A stretch of DNA of 18,206 nt, from the NCBI GenBank assembly GCA_043750125.1, contig JAYVCD010000282.1, positions 1-18,206 on the forward strand, read 5' to 3'. Shown one piece after another: positions 1 to 7,229 of the stretch. Both the position numbers and the translations under genes were made by a program. The DNA is from Archangiaceae bacterium. GTDB lineage: Bacteria > Myxococcota > Myxococcia > Myxococcales > Myxococcaceae. Position 1 is the first letter of the stretch; every line of letters begins with the position of its first letter. The notes under the pieces are model-generated. The model searched no databases. It was not told the origin of the DNA and saw only the letters and a list, made by a program, of their open reading frames with translations.

Positions 1-463
1 AGGTGCCGTCGGGCGCCAGGACGCGAAGAATCTCGCGCGCGGCAGCCCCAATATTGGGAAAAAACATCAGGCCAAACCGGCACAGCGCCACGTCAAAAGC
101 GCCGTCCTCGAAGGGCAACGCTTCGACCCCGCACACCCGCGTTTCGAAATTCGAAAGAGTGCGCAGGCGGGCCTTGTCCTGCGCCACGATCAACATCTCT
201 TCGGCCACGTCGGTCGCGATCACTTTGCCTCGCGGGACCTGCAGGGCGGCCGACAGCCCGGGCTCTCCGGTTCCGGCCGCGAGGTCCAGCACCTTGAAAT
301 CGTCGCGCCACTTCACTGCCTCCACCATCTGGGTGGCGACCGGATTCATGAAGCGCATGAACAGCTCATCCCACTTGCGCCAGCCCACCGAAAACGTGTT
401 CCAGCTTGCCCGCTGCTGTTCCCGAATCTCGATTTCTTGCGCCGACAAAGGGTGCGTGTTCAT
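1..463 (-). CDS. Class I SAM-dependent methyltransferase (UbiE/Methyltransf_11-like); 3' end runs off the window
   Basis: Translated by hand from ATG at 463-461: MNTHPLSAQEIEIREQQRASWNTFSVGWRKWDELFMRFMNPVATQMVEAVKWRDDFKVLDLAAGTGEPGLSAALQVPRGKVIATDVAEEML...LPFEDGAFDVALCRFGLMFFPN...ILRVLAPDG. Contains motif I VLDLAAGTG, the acidic ATD, LPFEDxxFD and LxPxG. It has no stop inside the window, so the ORF track missed it. Confidence 0.9.
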   Translation of the reverse strand, partial: MNTHPLSAQEIEIREQQRASWNTFSVGWRKWDELFMRFMNPVATQMVEAVKWRDDFKVLDLAAGTGEPGLSAALQVPRGKVIATDVAEEMLIVAQDKARLRTLSNFETRVCGVEALPFEDGAFDVALCRFGLMFFPNIGAAAREILRVLAPDGT

Positions 464-517
464 CGCCAAGAATTACCACGGAGCCCGAAGTTCAGGTCGA
501 ACGTCGCTGCAAGATTT

Positions 518-526
518 TGGTATGCT
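518..526 (+). promoter_or_regulatory. Possible extended -10 promoter element (TG-G-TATGCT) for the barrel gene
   Basis: TGGTATGCT at 518-526 in the divergent intergenic region 464-631; no convincing -35. Confidence 0.3.
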
Positions 527-631
527 TTTCGTGCAGCGGCTGCCCCGGACTTCGAATTGATTTGCTCCAGTGCGGTTTGCCTGCCACCATCTACAGGGTC
601 AGACGCAGGGGGTTTTACGAGAGCATCAAGA

Positions 632-1675
632 TTGGTTTTCCGGGCGTTGATCTCAATAGCGTTCCTGGGGTGCTTCGTTCCCCGGACTACCCACGCGGCT
701 GCCTGGGGATCTCCAGAGGGAACTCTGGTGATTACTCAAACCAGCCTTGCGGATTTCTACGAAATCTACGCTCGCAACTCGACCAACAAGATCCTGTTGG
801 AAAAGAAGGGCGGCTCGGTGGTCGAGGTCGGCACCGTTCGCCGGTTTGGATTTTTCCTGACCGGAGAATACGCCCTGTCAGATCGGGTGACCGCCCAGCT
901 CAGCCTCGGATATTTCTATACCCAGCACCTGAATGTGGGCCCGAACCTCGCCCTGTTCGAGCCCGACACCCACCCCAACACTCAGAGCGGACTGCAAGAT
1001 CTGACGGGGTTGATCAAATTCCTCGCCTACCAGCACCCGGGAACCGTTGCCTTTGGCGTGGCCCCCTACCTGGGCTTCGCCTTTCCGGTGCAGAAGTACG
1101 ATACCTCGGTCAACAACCCGATTGGCGATGGCGTTTTGTCGCTCGACCTCGGACTTGCGCTCAGCGTCGCCCTTCCCAAGGCAGGCTTGTTTTTCAATGG
1201 CGACGCTGTCTACCGGGTTCGCGAACGAAAGAACTTCGGAGGAAACCTGATCTACGACCAGGTTCAGCTGATGTTCGAAGCGGGCTACTTCATCCTTCCC
1301 AGCCTCTCGATTCGGGCGATGGTCCGCTACTACGAGTCGCTGGGCGGGCGAACCCTCAGCTTCGTCACCGACCCTGGCCAGGGGACTCAAACTTCGATGC
1401 AGTTGTTTCAAAACCCGTTGGTCTACGACCAGGACGGGCTCTTCGTCGGCGGCGGACCCTACCTGCAGGTCTCGGATTCGTTCGGCATCGGGCTCAACTA
1501 CGTCCAGGCGGTCTGGTTCCGAAACCTCGCCAACGTGAAAACAGTGGTCCTCTCCTTGAGCTACAGCCCGGCGTTCAGCCGGACCCCGCCCCCCGAAGAG
1601 CCCTACCCGCTTCCCGCCGACGAAATGCAGCCCGAGCCCGCGACCGGGCTGGCCCCCGCCCCTCCTGCGCATTGA
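632..1675 (+). CDS. Putative exported outer-membrane beta-barrel protein of unknown function with a Pro-rich C-terminal tail
   Basis: Part of ORF 437..1675. The start is moved to TTG 632 (GAGAG upstream) because the ORF-track start overlaps the methyltransferase. Signal-like segment FRALISIAFLGCFVPRTTHA-AAW is followed by alternating amphipathic strands ending in aromatics (FFLTGEY, VTAQLSLGYFY, LSLDLGLALSV, LMFEAGYF, FGIGLNYVQ, VVLSLSY). Start position uncertain. Confidence 0.6.
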   Translation: MVFRALISIAFLGCFVPRTTHAAAWGSPEGTLVITQTSLADFYEIYARNSTNKILLEKKGGSVVEVGTVRRFGFFLTGEYALSDRVTAQLSLGYFYTQHLNVGPNLALFEPDTHPNTQSGLQDLTGLIKFLAYQHPGTVAFGVAPYLGFAFPVQKYDTSVNNPIGDGVLSLDLGLALSVALPKAGLFFNGDAVYRVRERKNFGGNLIYDQVQLMFEAGYFILPSLSIRAMVRYYESLGGRTLSFVTDPGQGTQTSMQLFQNPLVYDQDGLFVGGGPYLQVSDSFGIGLNYVQAVWFRNLANVKTVVLSLSYSPAFSRTPPPEEPYPLPADEMQPEPATGLAPAPPAH

Positions 1676-1680
1676 TGGCT

Positions 1681-1695
1681 GGGGCCCGGTGCCCC
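1681..1695. terminator. Small GC hairpin between convergent genes; possible terminator or pause site
   Basis: GGGGC-CCGGT-GCCCC in the 26-bp gap between stops at 1675 and 1702; short stem and no clear U-tract. Confidence 0.25.
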
Positions 1696-1701
1696 TGCGA
1701 T

Positions 1702-3315
1702 TCATTCGAAGCTGAAGCGGGAATCCAGCGACAGCGAGAGCTTGCCGGTCGCGGGTCTGCGTTGAATCCCCACGCCGATTCCCAGCTGCGGAAGCATACA
1801 GCGCTTGGACCAGCGCGCCGAGAGACCCGACGTGACCGCCTCGGGCATCGCGTTCTCGATGGCCAGCTCTTCGGGCAGGTATTGGTGATGAACCCGCGGT
1901 TTTTGAATCGCCTGCTCCAGAGACAAGCCATCGGCGATGGTTCCGACGATCAGCTGGGTGAGCATGGTCGGAATGCGCGGGCCGCCCGAGCCGCCGACGA
2001 TCAGCTCGGCTTCCAGGCCTGATCGCACGACGGTGGGAGACATCGAGCTCACCGGCCGGCGACCGGGCTGCAGCAGGTTCCGTTCGCCGGGAACCAGGTC
2101 GTACCAATTGGGGGCATTGGGGGCGAGCAGGAAGTCATCGAGGCAGTTGTTGAGCAGGTAGCCCCCGCCGTCCACCATCAGCTTCGAGCCGAACAGGGTG
2201 TTCAAGCTGAAGGTGAGTGAGACCGCATTGCCTGCCGAATCGAGCAGCGAAAAGTGGGTGGTATTCTTCGAGTCCCCGAAATGATCGGGCCGAGGGCGCG
2301 GGTCCAACACTTCGCTCTCGAACTGCTGGAGATCGGGCTCGGTGCGCACCCGATTGAGCAACACCGAAAATTCGTGGTGCTGCTCGGCGGACATGTGATC
2401 GGGGTCGCCGGCGTGCTCGCGCATCAGCGCAAAAGCGACGCGAAACGTCCTTCCCATCAGGTCGAGTCGTTCAGTTGAACCCGGAGCCATTGAAAGGGCC
2501 CCTGAGCTCTGGAGCAGGGCCAGACTGATCTGAACGATCATTCCGCCCCCGGAAGGCAGCCCGGCGGTGACGACCTGCCGGCCACAAAAATCGGTCACGA
2601 TCGGCTCGCGCCACTGGGGCCGATAGTTGGCGAGATCTTCTTCGTCGAGCACTCCGCGCTCGGCGCGAATCGTCGCTGCGAGCTGCTTTGCGACCCGGCC
2701 GGTATAAAAAGACATCGGCCCGTCTTCAGCCAACACCCTCAAGGTCTGGGCCAGGTCTCGCTGCCGCAGAAGCCTACCGGGCTGCAGCGGCTTTCCCTCG
2801 TGGCTGAACACCCGGCGCGTCGATTCATACCGGCTGAGTTGATCGTTGAAGAGGTCGAAGTAGGCCGCCTGCCGGGTGGTGAGCCAGGTCCCATTTTCGG
2901 CCAGCTCGATGGCCGGCTGGGTCACCCTTTCCCACTTCCAGGTTCCAAAGCGTTCGAGTGCCAGCGCCAGTCCGGCCACGGTCCCGGGAACGCCTACGGC
3001 CAGCGCTCCCACCCGCGAGGAATCCGCGGCTGCATTCGAAATCAGGTGGTGGGTGGTGATGCCGCGAGGGGCCGTTTCCCGGAAGTCGAGGAAGTGGACC
3101 TGGCCGTCGGGACGGTGGATGAGCATGAAGCCCCCTCCCCCCAGGTTTCCTGCCTGAGGGTAGCTGACCGCCAGAGCGAGCGCGGTGGCCACCGCGGCAT
3201 CAATCGCGTTGCCGCCTTCCCCCAAAACCCGACTGCCCATGGCCGAAGCGATTGGGCAATAAGAGACGACGCACCCGTTCTCTGGGCGGAGTACTGGCTG
3301 CGGGCTGGTTCTCAT
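1702..3315 (-). CDS. ggt: Gamma-glutamyltransferase (Ntn-hydrolase family), no signal peptide
   Basis: GGNAIDAAVA..LAVSYPQAGNLGGGGFMLI, DFRETAP, VGVPGTVAGL, GDPD, autocleavage/nucleophile motif N-TTHFS (Thr codon 2262-2260), PGRRPVSSMSP, GSGGPRI, PRVHHQ. Confidence 0.95.
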   Translation of the reverse strand: MRTSPQPVLRPENGCVVSYCPIASAMGSRVLGEGGNAIDAAVATALALAVSYPQAGNLGGGGFMLIHRPDGQVHFLDFRETAPRGITTHHLISNAAADSSRVGALAVGVPGTVAGLALALERFGTWKWERVTQPAIELAENGTWLTTRQAAYFDLFNDQLSRYESTRRVFSHEGKPLQPGRLLRQRDLAQTLRVLAEDGPMSFYTGRVAKQLAATIRAERGVLDEEDLANYRPQWREPIVTDFCGRQVVTAGLPSGGGMIVQISLALLQSSGALSMAPGSTERLDLMGRTFRVAFALMREHAGDPDHMSAEQHHEFSVLLNRVRTEPDLQQFESEVLDPRPRPDHFGDSKNTTHFSLLDSAGNAVSLTFSLNTLFGSKLMVDGGGYLLNNCLDDFLLAPNAPNWYDLVPGERNLLQPGRRPVSSMSPTVVRSGLEAELIVGGSGGPRIPTMLTQLIVGTIADGLSLEQAIQKPRVHHQYLPEELAIENAMPEAVTSGLSARWSKRCMLPQLGIGVGIQRRPATGKLSLSLDSRFSFE

Positions 3316-3324
3316 GTTTCGATT

Positions 3325-3353
3325 TCGACGACGAGGCGGATCCTATATATCTT
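3325..3353 (+). promoter_or_regulatory. Putative sigma70-type promoter for the comA operon
   Basis: TCGACG (3325-3330), 17-bp spacer, TATCTT (3348-3353); SD-like AGGGGA precedes ATG 3377. Confidence 0.45.
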
Positions 3354-3368
3354 GGGCTCAACCGTCAG
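3340..3368 (-). promoter_or_regulatory. Putative sigma70-type promoter for ggt, overlapping the comA promoter
   Basis: Minus strand: CTGACG (3368-3363), 17-bp spacer, TAGGAT (3345-3340). Confidence 0.4.
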
Positions 3369-3376
3369 GGGACAAA

Positions 3377-4192
3377 ATGACCATTGCCGACCGCATTGAC
3401 GCCTTGCTCGATCGGGATCTGCGGACCTCGAAACCACGAACCAACGGCATCACCGTCATGATCGATAAAGGTCAGATGGGCGCGAACACCATCGCCGACT
3501 TCGCCGCCCAGGCCGGGGCCTATTGCGACTACGCGAAGATCGCCTGGGGCAGCTCGCTGATCACCGGAAACCTCGTCGACAAGATTGAGACCTACCGGAA
3601 GGCATCGATCATTCCTTCGTTGGGCGGGACCCTGTTCGAGTACGCCTTCTTGAGAAACAAGGTTCCCCAGCTGTTCGACCTGGTGAAGGACCTCAAGATC
3701 CACATTGAAATTTCAGACGGCGTCATCGACCTGCCCCGCGCTGAAAAGCTGAAGTGGATTGAGAAGTTCGCCACCGTGACCGATGTCTGGTCAGAGGTCG
3801 GCGGGAAGATCAATCGACAGGACCTCGATTGGAAGAAAGTCGTCCACGAGGAGCTCTCAGCAGGCTCGAAGAAAATCGTGGTCGAAGGCCGCGAGCTCGG
3901 GCCGGCGGGAATGGCCAAGGAAGAAGATGTGCGCAGCGAAGTGGTCGAAAAGGTGCTCGCCGGGGCGCGCCTTGAAGATCTCGTCTTCGAGGCCTTCGAG
4001 CGCCGCCAGCAGACCTGGTTGGTCAAGCATCTGGGCCCCAACGTGAATCTCGCGAATATTCCTCCGACCGATTTGCTGACGCTCGAGTCTTTTCGTCGCG
4101 GCCTCAAAGAGCACACCTTGCTGCATACCGCCGAGCTCATTTCCAAGCGCAAGGCGACCTCGGACGAAGCTGCTGCAAAAGCCAAGCGCTAG
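3377..4192 (+). CDS. comA: Phosphosulfolactate synthase (ComA family)
   Basis: KPRTNGITVMIDKG, DYAKIAWGSS, GGTLFE, IEISDG, SEVGGK, VEGRE, FEA..QQTWLVKHLGPNVNLANI, LESFRRGL. Start set at ATG 3377 (SD AGGGGA) rather than 3314, which overlaps the ggt start codon. Confidence 0.9.
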   Translation: MTIADRIDALLDRDLRTSKPRTNGITVMIDKGQMGANTIADFAAQAGAYCDYAKIAWGSSLITGNLVDKIETYRKASIIPSLGGTLFEYAFLRNKVPQLFDLVKDLKIHIEISDGVIDLPRAEKLKWIEKFATVTDVWSEVGGKINRQDLDWKKVVHEELSAGSKKIVVEGRELGPAGMAKEEDVRSEVVEKVLAGARLEDLVFEAFERRQQTWLVKHLGPNVNLANIPPTDLLTLESFRRGLKEHTLLHTAELISKRKATSDEAAAKAKR

Positions 4193-5527
4193 GTGAGGTC
4201 GACTCTCAAGCCCCGCGCTCGCGGGACGCGCAAGCCCCAGCCGACGCTCGATGCCGAGCTCGATGAGCTGCTGTTGGCAATGCCCAACCCCGCTCAGACG
4301 ATTGCGAGGCTCGACGAGAGCTTGCGCAAACGGGGGCTGTACTTCGGGGAAGGCCTGGTGCCCACCTTCCTGCGGCCCCACCTGCTCGAAGCGCCGACCC
4401 TCGACCGTTGGGCCGGCGAAGCAGAGGCGCTGTTCACGCTGCTCGAGGAGCTGGCCCAACGCGCTTTGCCGGATCGCGAGCTGTGCCGCTGGCTGGGCTT
4501 TTCGGATTCGGCGCTCGAGCTGTTTCGAATTGATCCGGGCTACCGGCGAAACGTCGTCATCGCCCGGCCCGACGCGATCCAGGTCGGGAAGCAGGCGCTC
4601 TATGTCGAGGCGAACACCGACAGCCCCGCGATGATGACGTTTGCCGACGAGATCGAAGCGGCGTTGCTCGAGCTCGAGCCGTTGGCGGGGTTGGCCTCGA
4701 GGTTCACTGCGACGCGTCGCTGCGAGGCGCTGCTGACTGCCCTGCTGGCCTGTTACCGCGAGTGGGGAGGCAAAGGACTTCCGTCGATGGCGGTGGTCGA
4801 TTGGCCGGGAGAAAAAACCGCCCACGAATTGAAGGTCACGGTTCGGACCTTCAAGCGATTGGGCCTCGAGGCGATTGTCGCCGCCCCCCATCAGCTCAAG
4901 TACCAGCGGGGAAAGTTGTGGGCCGGAAAGCGGAAGATCGACTTCGTCTACCGTCGGGTCCTCTGCAATGACTTCTTCACCCGAGCCGACGAGCTTAAGC
5001 CGCTGCTGTCGGCGTATCGCGACGGTAAGGTCTGCATGGCGAACCCACTGCGCTCGTACCTGGTGGGATCCAAGTCGATGTTGGCGCTGTTGCATGACGA
5101 GACGAACGCCGCGGGCCTGACGCTCAAACAAAGGGCGCTGGCGATGAGGTTGCTGCCGTGGACGCTGAACGCTTCCCCCCATGACCGGGTGGGACGGCGC
5201 AACTGGGTGCTGAAGAAGTCCGAGAGCCACGGCGGCCAGGACGTGATCATCGGCGCGCTGTCCGATGATGCGACGTGGAACACGGCGCTGGCGAAGTCCA
5301 AAACGGAACGGTGGGTGCGTCAGGCCTTCACCCCGGTTTCGAAGATTCGTCTGCCCGTTCTGGAAAACGGACGGCTGGTGTTCCGTGAACGTTTCATCAA
5401 TTGGAACCCGTTCATCTTTGGCGGGAAGCACGGCGGCAGCATCAGCAGAGTCAGTGCGTCGGAGTTGATCAACATCACCCGGGGCGGGGGACTGCTGCCC
5501 ACGATGCGAATCGAGCCCAAGCCCTGA
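4193..5527 (+). CDS. Circularly permuted ATP-grasp amide/peptide ligase (CP_ATPgrasp_2 / glutathionylspermidine-synthase-like)
   Basis: RxD and ExN metal-binding motifs lie N-terminally (ARPDAI...YVEANTDSP), followed by IDFVYRRV, AYRDGKVCMANP, GSKSMLALL, WVLKKSESHGGQDVIIG and WVRQAF. GTG start immediately follows the comA TAG. Confidence 0.85.
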   Translation: MRSTLKPRARGTRKPQPTLDAELDELLLAMPNPAQTIARLDESLRKRGLYFGEGLVPTFLRPHLLEAPTLDRWAGEAEALFTLLEELAQRALPDRELCRWLGFSDSALELFRIDPGYRRNVVIARPDAIQVGKQALYVEANTDSPAMMTFADEIEAALLELEPLAGLASRFTATRRCEALLTALLACYREWGGKGLPSMAVVDWPGEKTAHELKVTVRTFKRLGLEAIVAAPHQLKYQRGKLWAGKRKIDFVYRRVLCNDFFTRADELKPLLSAYRDGKVCMANPLRSYLVGSKSMLALLHDETNAAGLTLKQRALAMRLLPWTLNASPHDRVGRRNWVLKKSESHGGQDVIIGALSDDATWNTALAKSKTERWVRQAFTPVSKIRLPVLENGRLVFRERFINWNPFIFGGKHGGSISRVSASELINITRGGGLLPTMRIEPKP

Positions 5528-5529
5528 CG

Positions 5530-6225
5530 ATGCAGGTCGACCGCCACCACCCCGCGCGCCTGGGCGACGAGACGTTGGACGTTGCGGTGGTGATCGACGT
5601 GCTGCGCGCTACGTCCACCGCGGTGGTCCTGCTGGCGAAAGGGGCGAAGGGGCTGGCGGTGGTGGCCTCACCCGCGGGCCTGTCGCTGCTCAGCGCGGAC
5701 GAGGGGCCGTACCTGTACGTCAGCGAGTTCTCGCAGCTGGCCGCGCAGGGAGACCGAATCGACAATTCGCCGGTTCAGGCCGAGCAGCTGCAACTGGCCG
5801 GGCGGACGGCAGTGTTGATTACGACCAACGGGACCCGAGCGCTCGACGCGGCCGCCAGTCGGTCGACCCAGGTGCTGGTGGCGAGCTTCCTCAACGTGAC
5901 CGCGGTGGCCCGCCACCTCGAGCGCATCAAGGCGCGGAGGGTGACGCTGCTGCCCGCGGGCGATTTTGAAAAGGGCGAGACCCGCCCCGAGGACGAGCTG
6001 TGCGCGGACGCGTTGGAACAGCTGCTGAGCGGCGGCCGGCCGGACCTCAAGTCACTGGCCGAGGCTTGCCGCAACCACGCCCGAATCGAACGCAGAATTC
6101 TGGCAGAAACGGGGTTTGCGGCCGATCTGGAGCTCTGTTTGAGCTCCGACCGGTACCCGGTGGTGCCCTCGTATCAGAGCAGGGCCCCGGGCCTGGGCTG
6201 GCTCAGTCTGGAGCTTGCGAATTAG
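5530..6225 (+). CDS. comB: 2-phosphosulfolactate phosphatase (ComB family)
   Basis: VAVVIDVLRATST, DNSP, TTNGTRAL, ASFLN, EDELCA. ATG 5530 lies 2 nt after the ligase stop. Confidence 0.88.
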   Translation: MQVDRHHPARLGDETLDVAVVIDVLRATSTAVVLLAKGAKGLAVVASPAGLSLLSADEGPYLYVSEFSQLAAQGDRIDNSPVQAEQLQLAGRTAVLITTNGTRALDAAASRSTQVLVASFLNVTAVARHLERIKARRVTLLPAGDFEKGETRPEDELCADALEQLLSGGRPDLKSLAEACRNHARIERRILAETGFAADLELCLSSDRYPVVPSYQSRAPGLGWLSLELAN

Positions 6226-6234
6226 GTCGGGCTT

Positions 6235-7206
6235 TCAGCGGTACAGCTGGGCGACCGATTCGGCGTACCCGTTGTAGAGCTCGGTCGGAATTCGCGCTCC
6301 GCCGTCGATCGGCTGTTCGGTGGCCTGCGACCACCGGGGGTGGGAAATGCCCGGATTCACGTTCGACTCGAAGTCATATTCTGAAGGAGTAATCGAGCTC
6401 CAGAATGACGACGGCTGATCTGCGACCAGCTCGATGCGGACGACGGACTTGATGCTCTTGTAGCCGTACTTCCAGGGCACGACGAGCCGCACCGGAGCCC
6501 CATTCTGCGCGGGTATGGGCAAGCCATAGATCCCGGTGGCCAGAAAGGTCAGCTCGTTCATCGCCTCGTCCAGCCGCAGGCCTTCGAAGTAGGGCCAGGG
6601 CAGATTGCCCGTCGTTGCCTGGCCCGGCATCTGGTCCGGGCGGTGGGCTGAAATAAAACGAACGAACCTGGCTGAAGAAAGGGGCTGCACCTTGTTGAGC
6701 AACAGGGCCAGTGGAAACCCGGTCCACGGAACGGTCATCGACCACGCTTCGACACACCGCAGCCGGTAGACACGCTCTTCAAGGGTCAACGAGCGGATCA
6801 GCGCTTCGAGATCGAACGTCTGAGGTTTCTGAACCAGACCGGTGACTTCGAGGGTCCACGGGGAAACCTTGAAAGCGTCGATGGTGCGCCAGACGCTGCC
6901 TTTTTCCGAGGTGAACTCGTAGAAGTTGTTGAAGTGGGTGGCCTGGTACTCCCTCGAGAGAGGTCGGGCTTCGGGGTAGAGGCGGTTGCGCGCCGCCGGG
7001 TAGAGGTCGGCCAGAAACTCTGAGCGGGGGTGCAGGGGGCCTGGAACCTGATCGGGCTCGACCGAGAGGTAACAGCCGCCGATCAAAGGACTCAAGCCGA
7101 CCATTCCCAGGCCTGCGAGCAATTGCCGACGATTCAAATAGGTGGGTTCGGGTGTGATGACCGACGAAGGCAATTCCCAGCGTTTTCGATTTCGATTCAA
7201 AGGCAT
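6235..7206 (-). CDS. msrP: Protein-methionine-sulfoxide reductase catalytic subunit MsrP (YedY), Tat-exported molybdoenzyme
   Basis: ITPEPTYLNRRQLL (Tat motif), NNFYEF, RLRCVEAWSM (Mo-ligating Cys), WPYFEGLRLDEAMNELT, QNGAPVRLVVPWKYGYKSIKS, NVNP..HPRWSQATE, YNGY. Confidence 0.95.
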   Translation of the reverse strand: MPLNRNRKRWELPSSVITPEPTYLNRRQLLAGLGMVGLSPLIGGCYLSVEPDQVPGPLHPRSEFLADLYPAARNRLYPEARPLSREYQATHFNNFYEFTSEKGSVWRTIDAFKVSPWTLEVTGLVQKPQTFDLEALIRSLTLEERVYRLRCVEAWSMTVPWTGFPLALLLNKVQPLSSARFVRFISAHRPDQMPGQATTGNLPWPYFEGLRLDEAMNELTFLATGIYGLPIPAQNGAPVRLVVPWKYGYKSIKSVVRIELVADQPSSFWSSITPSEYDFESNVNPGISHPRWSQATEQPIDGGARIPTELYNGYAESVAQLYR

Positions 7207-7220
7207 GGGGACGTTTGGCG

Positions 7221-7229
7221 ATGGTACCA
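7221..7229 (-). promoter_or_regulatory. Possible extended -10 (TG-G-TACCAT) for msrP, implying a very short leader
   Basis: Minus strand TGGTACCAT at 7229-7221, 14 nt upstream of the msrP ATG; no SD visible before that ATG. Confidence 0.3.

Noticed and set aside
406-2107. Long alternative ORFs 406..2022 (+) and 878..2107 (-)
   Set aside because: Arg/Pro/Gly-rich, motif-free translations overlapping better-supported genes; typical GC-rich shadow ORFs.
3857-5431. 524-aa antisense ORF
   Set aside because: Antisense shadow of comA and the ATP-grasp gene, with no recognisable motifs.
3377-6225. Coenzyme M biosynthesis cluster
   Set aside because: Only ComA- and ComB-like genes are present. There is no comC/comDE, no bacterial CoM pathway partner and no alkene-metabolism gene in the window, and an amide ligase is not part of known CoM routes.
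6235-7206. Sulfite oxidase functionally tied to the sulfite-using ComA
   Set aside because: The motifs (NNFYEF, RCVEAW, HPRWSQA) are those of MsrP, a reductase. It is exported and convergent with the operon, so adjacency alone is not evidence.
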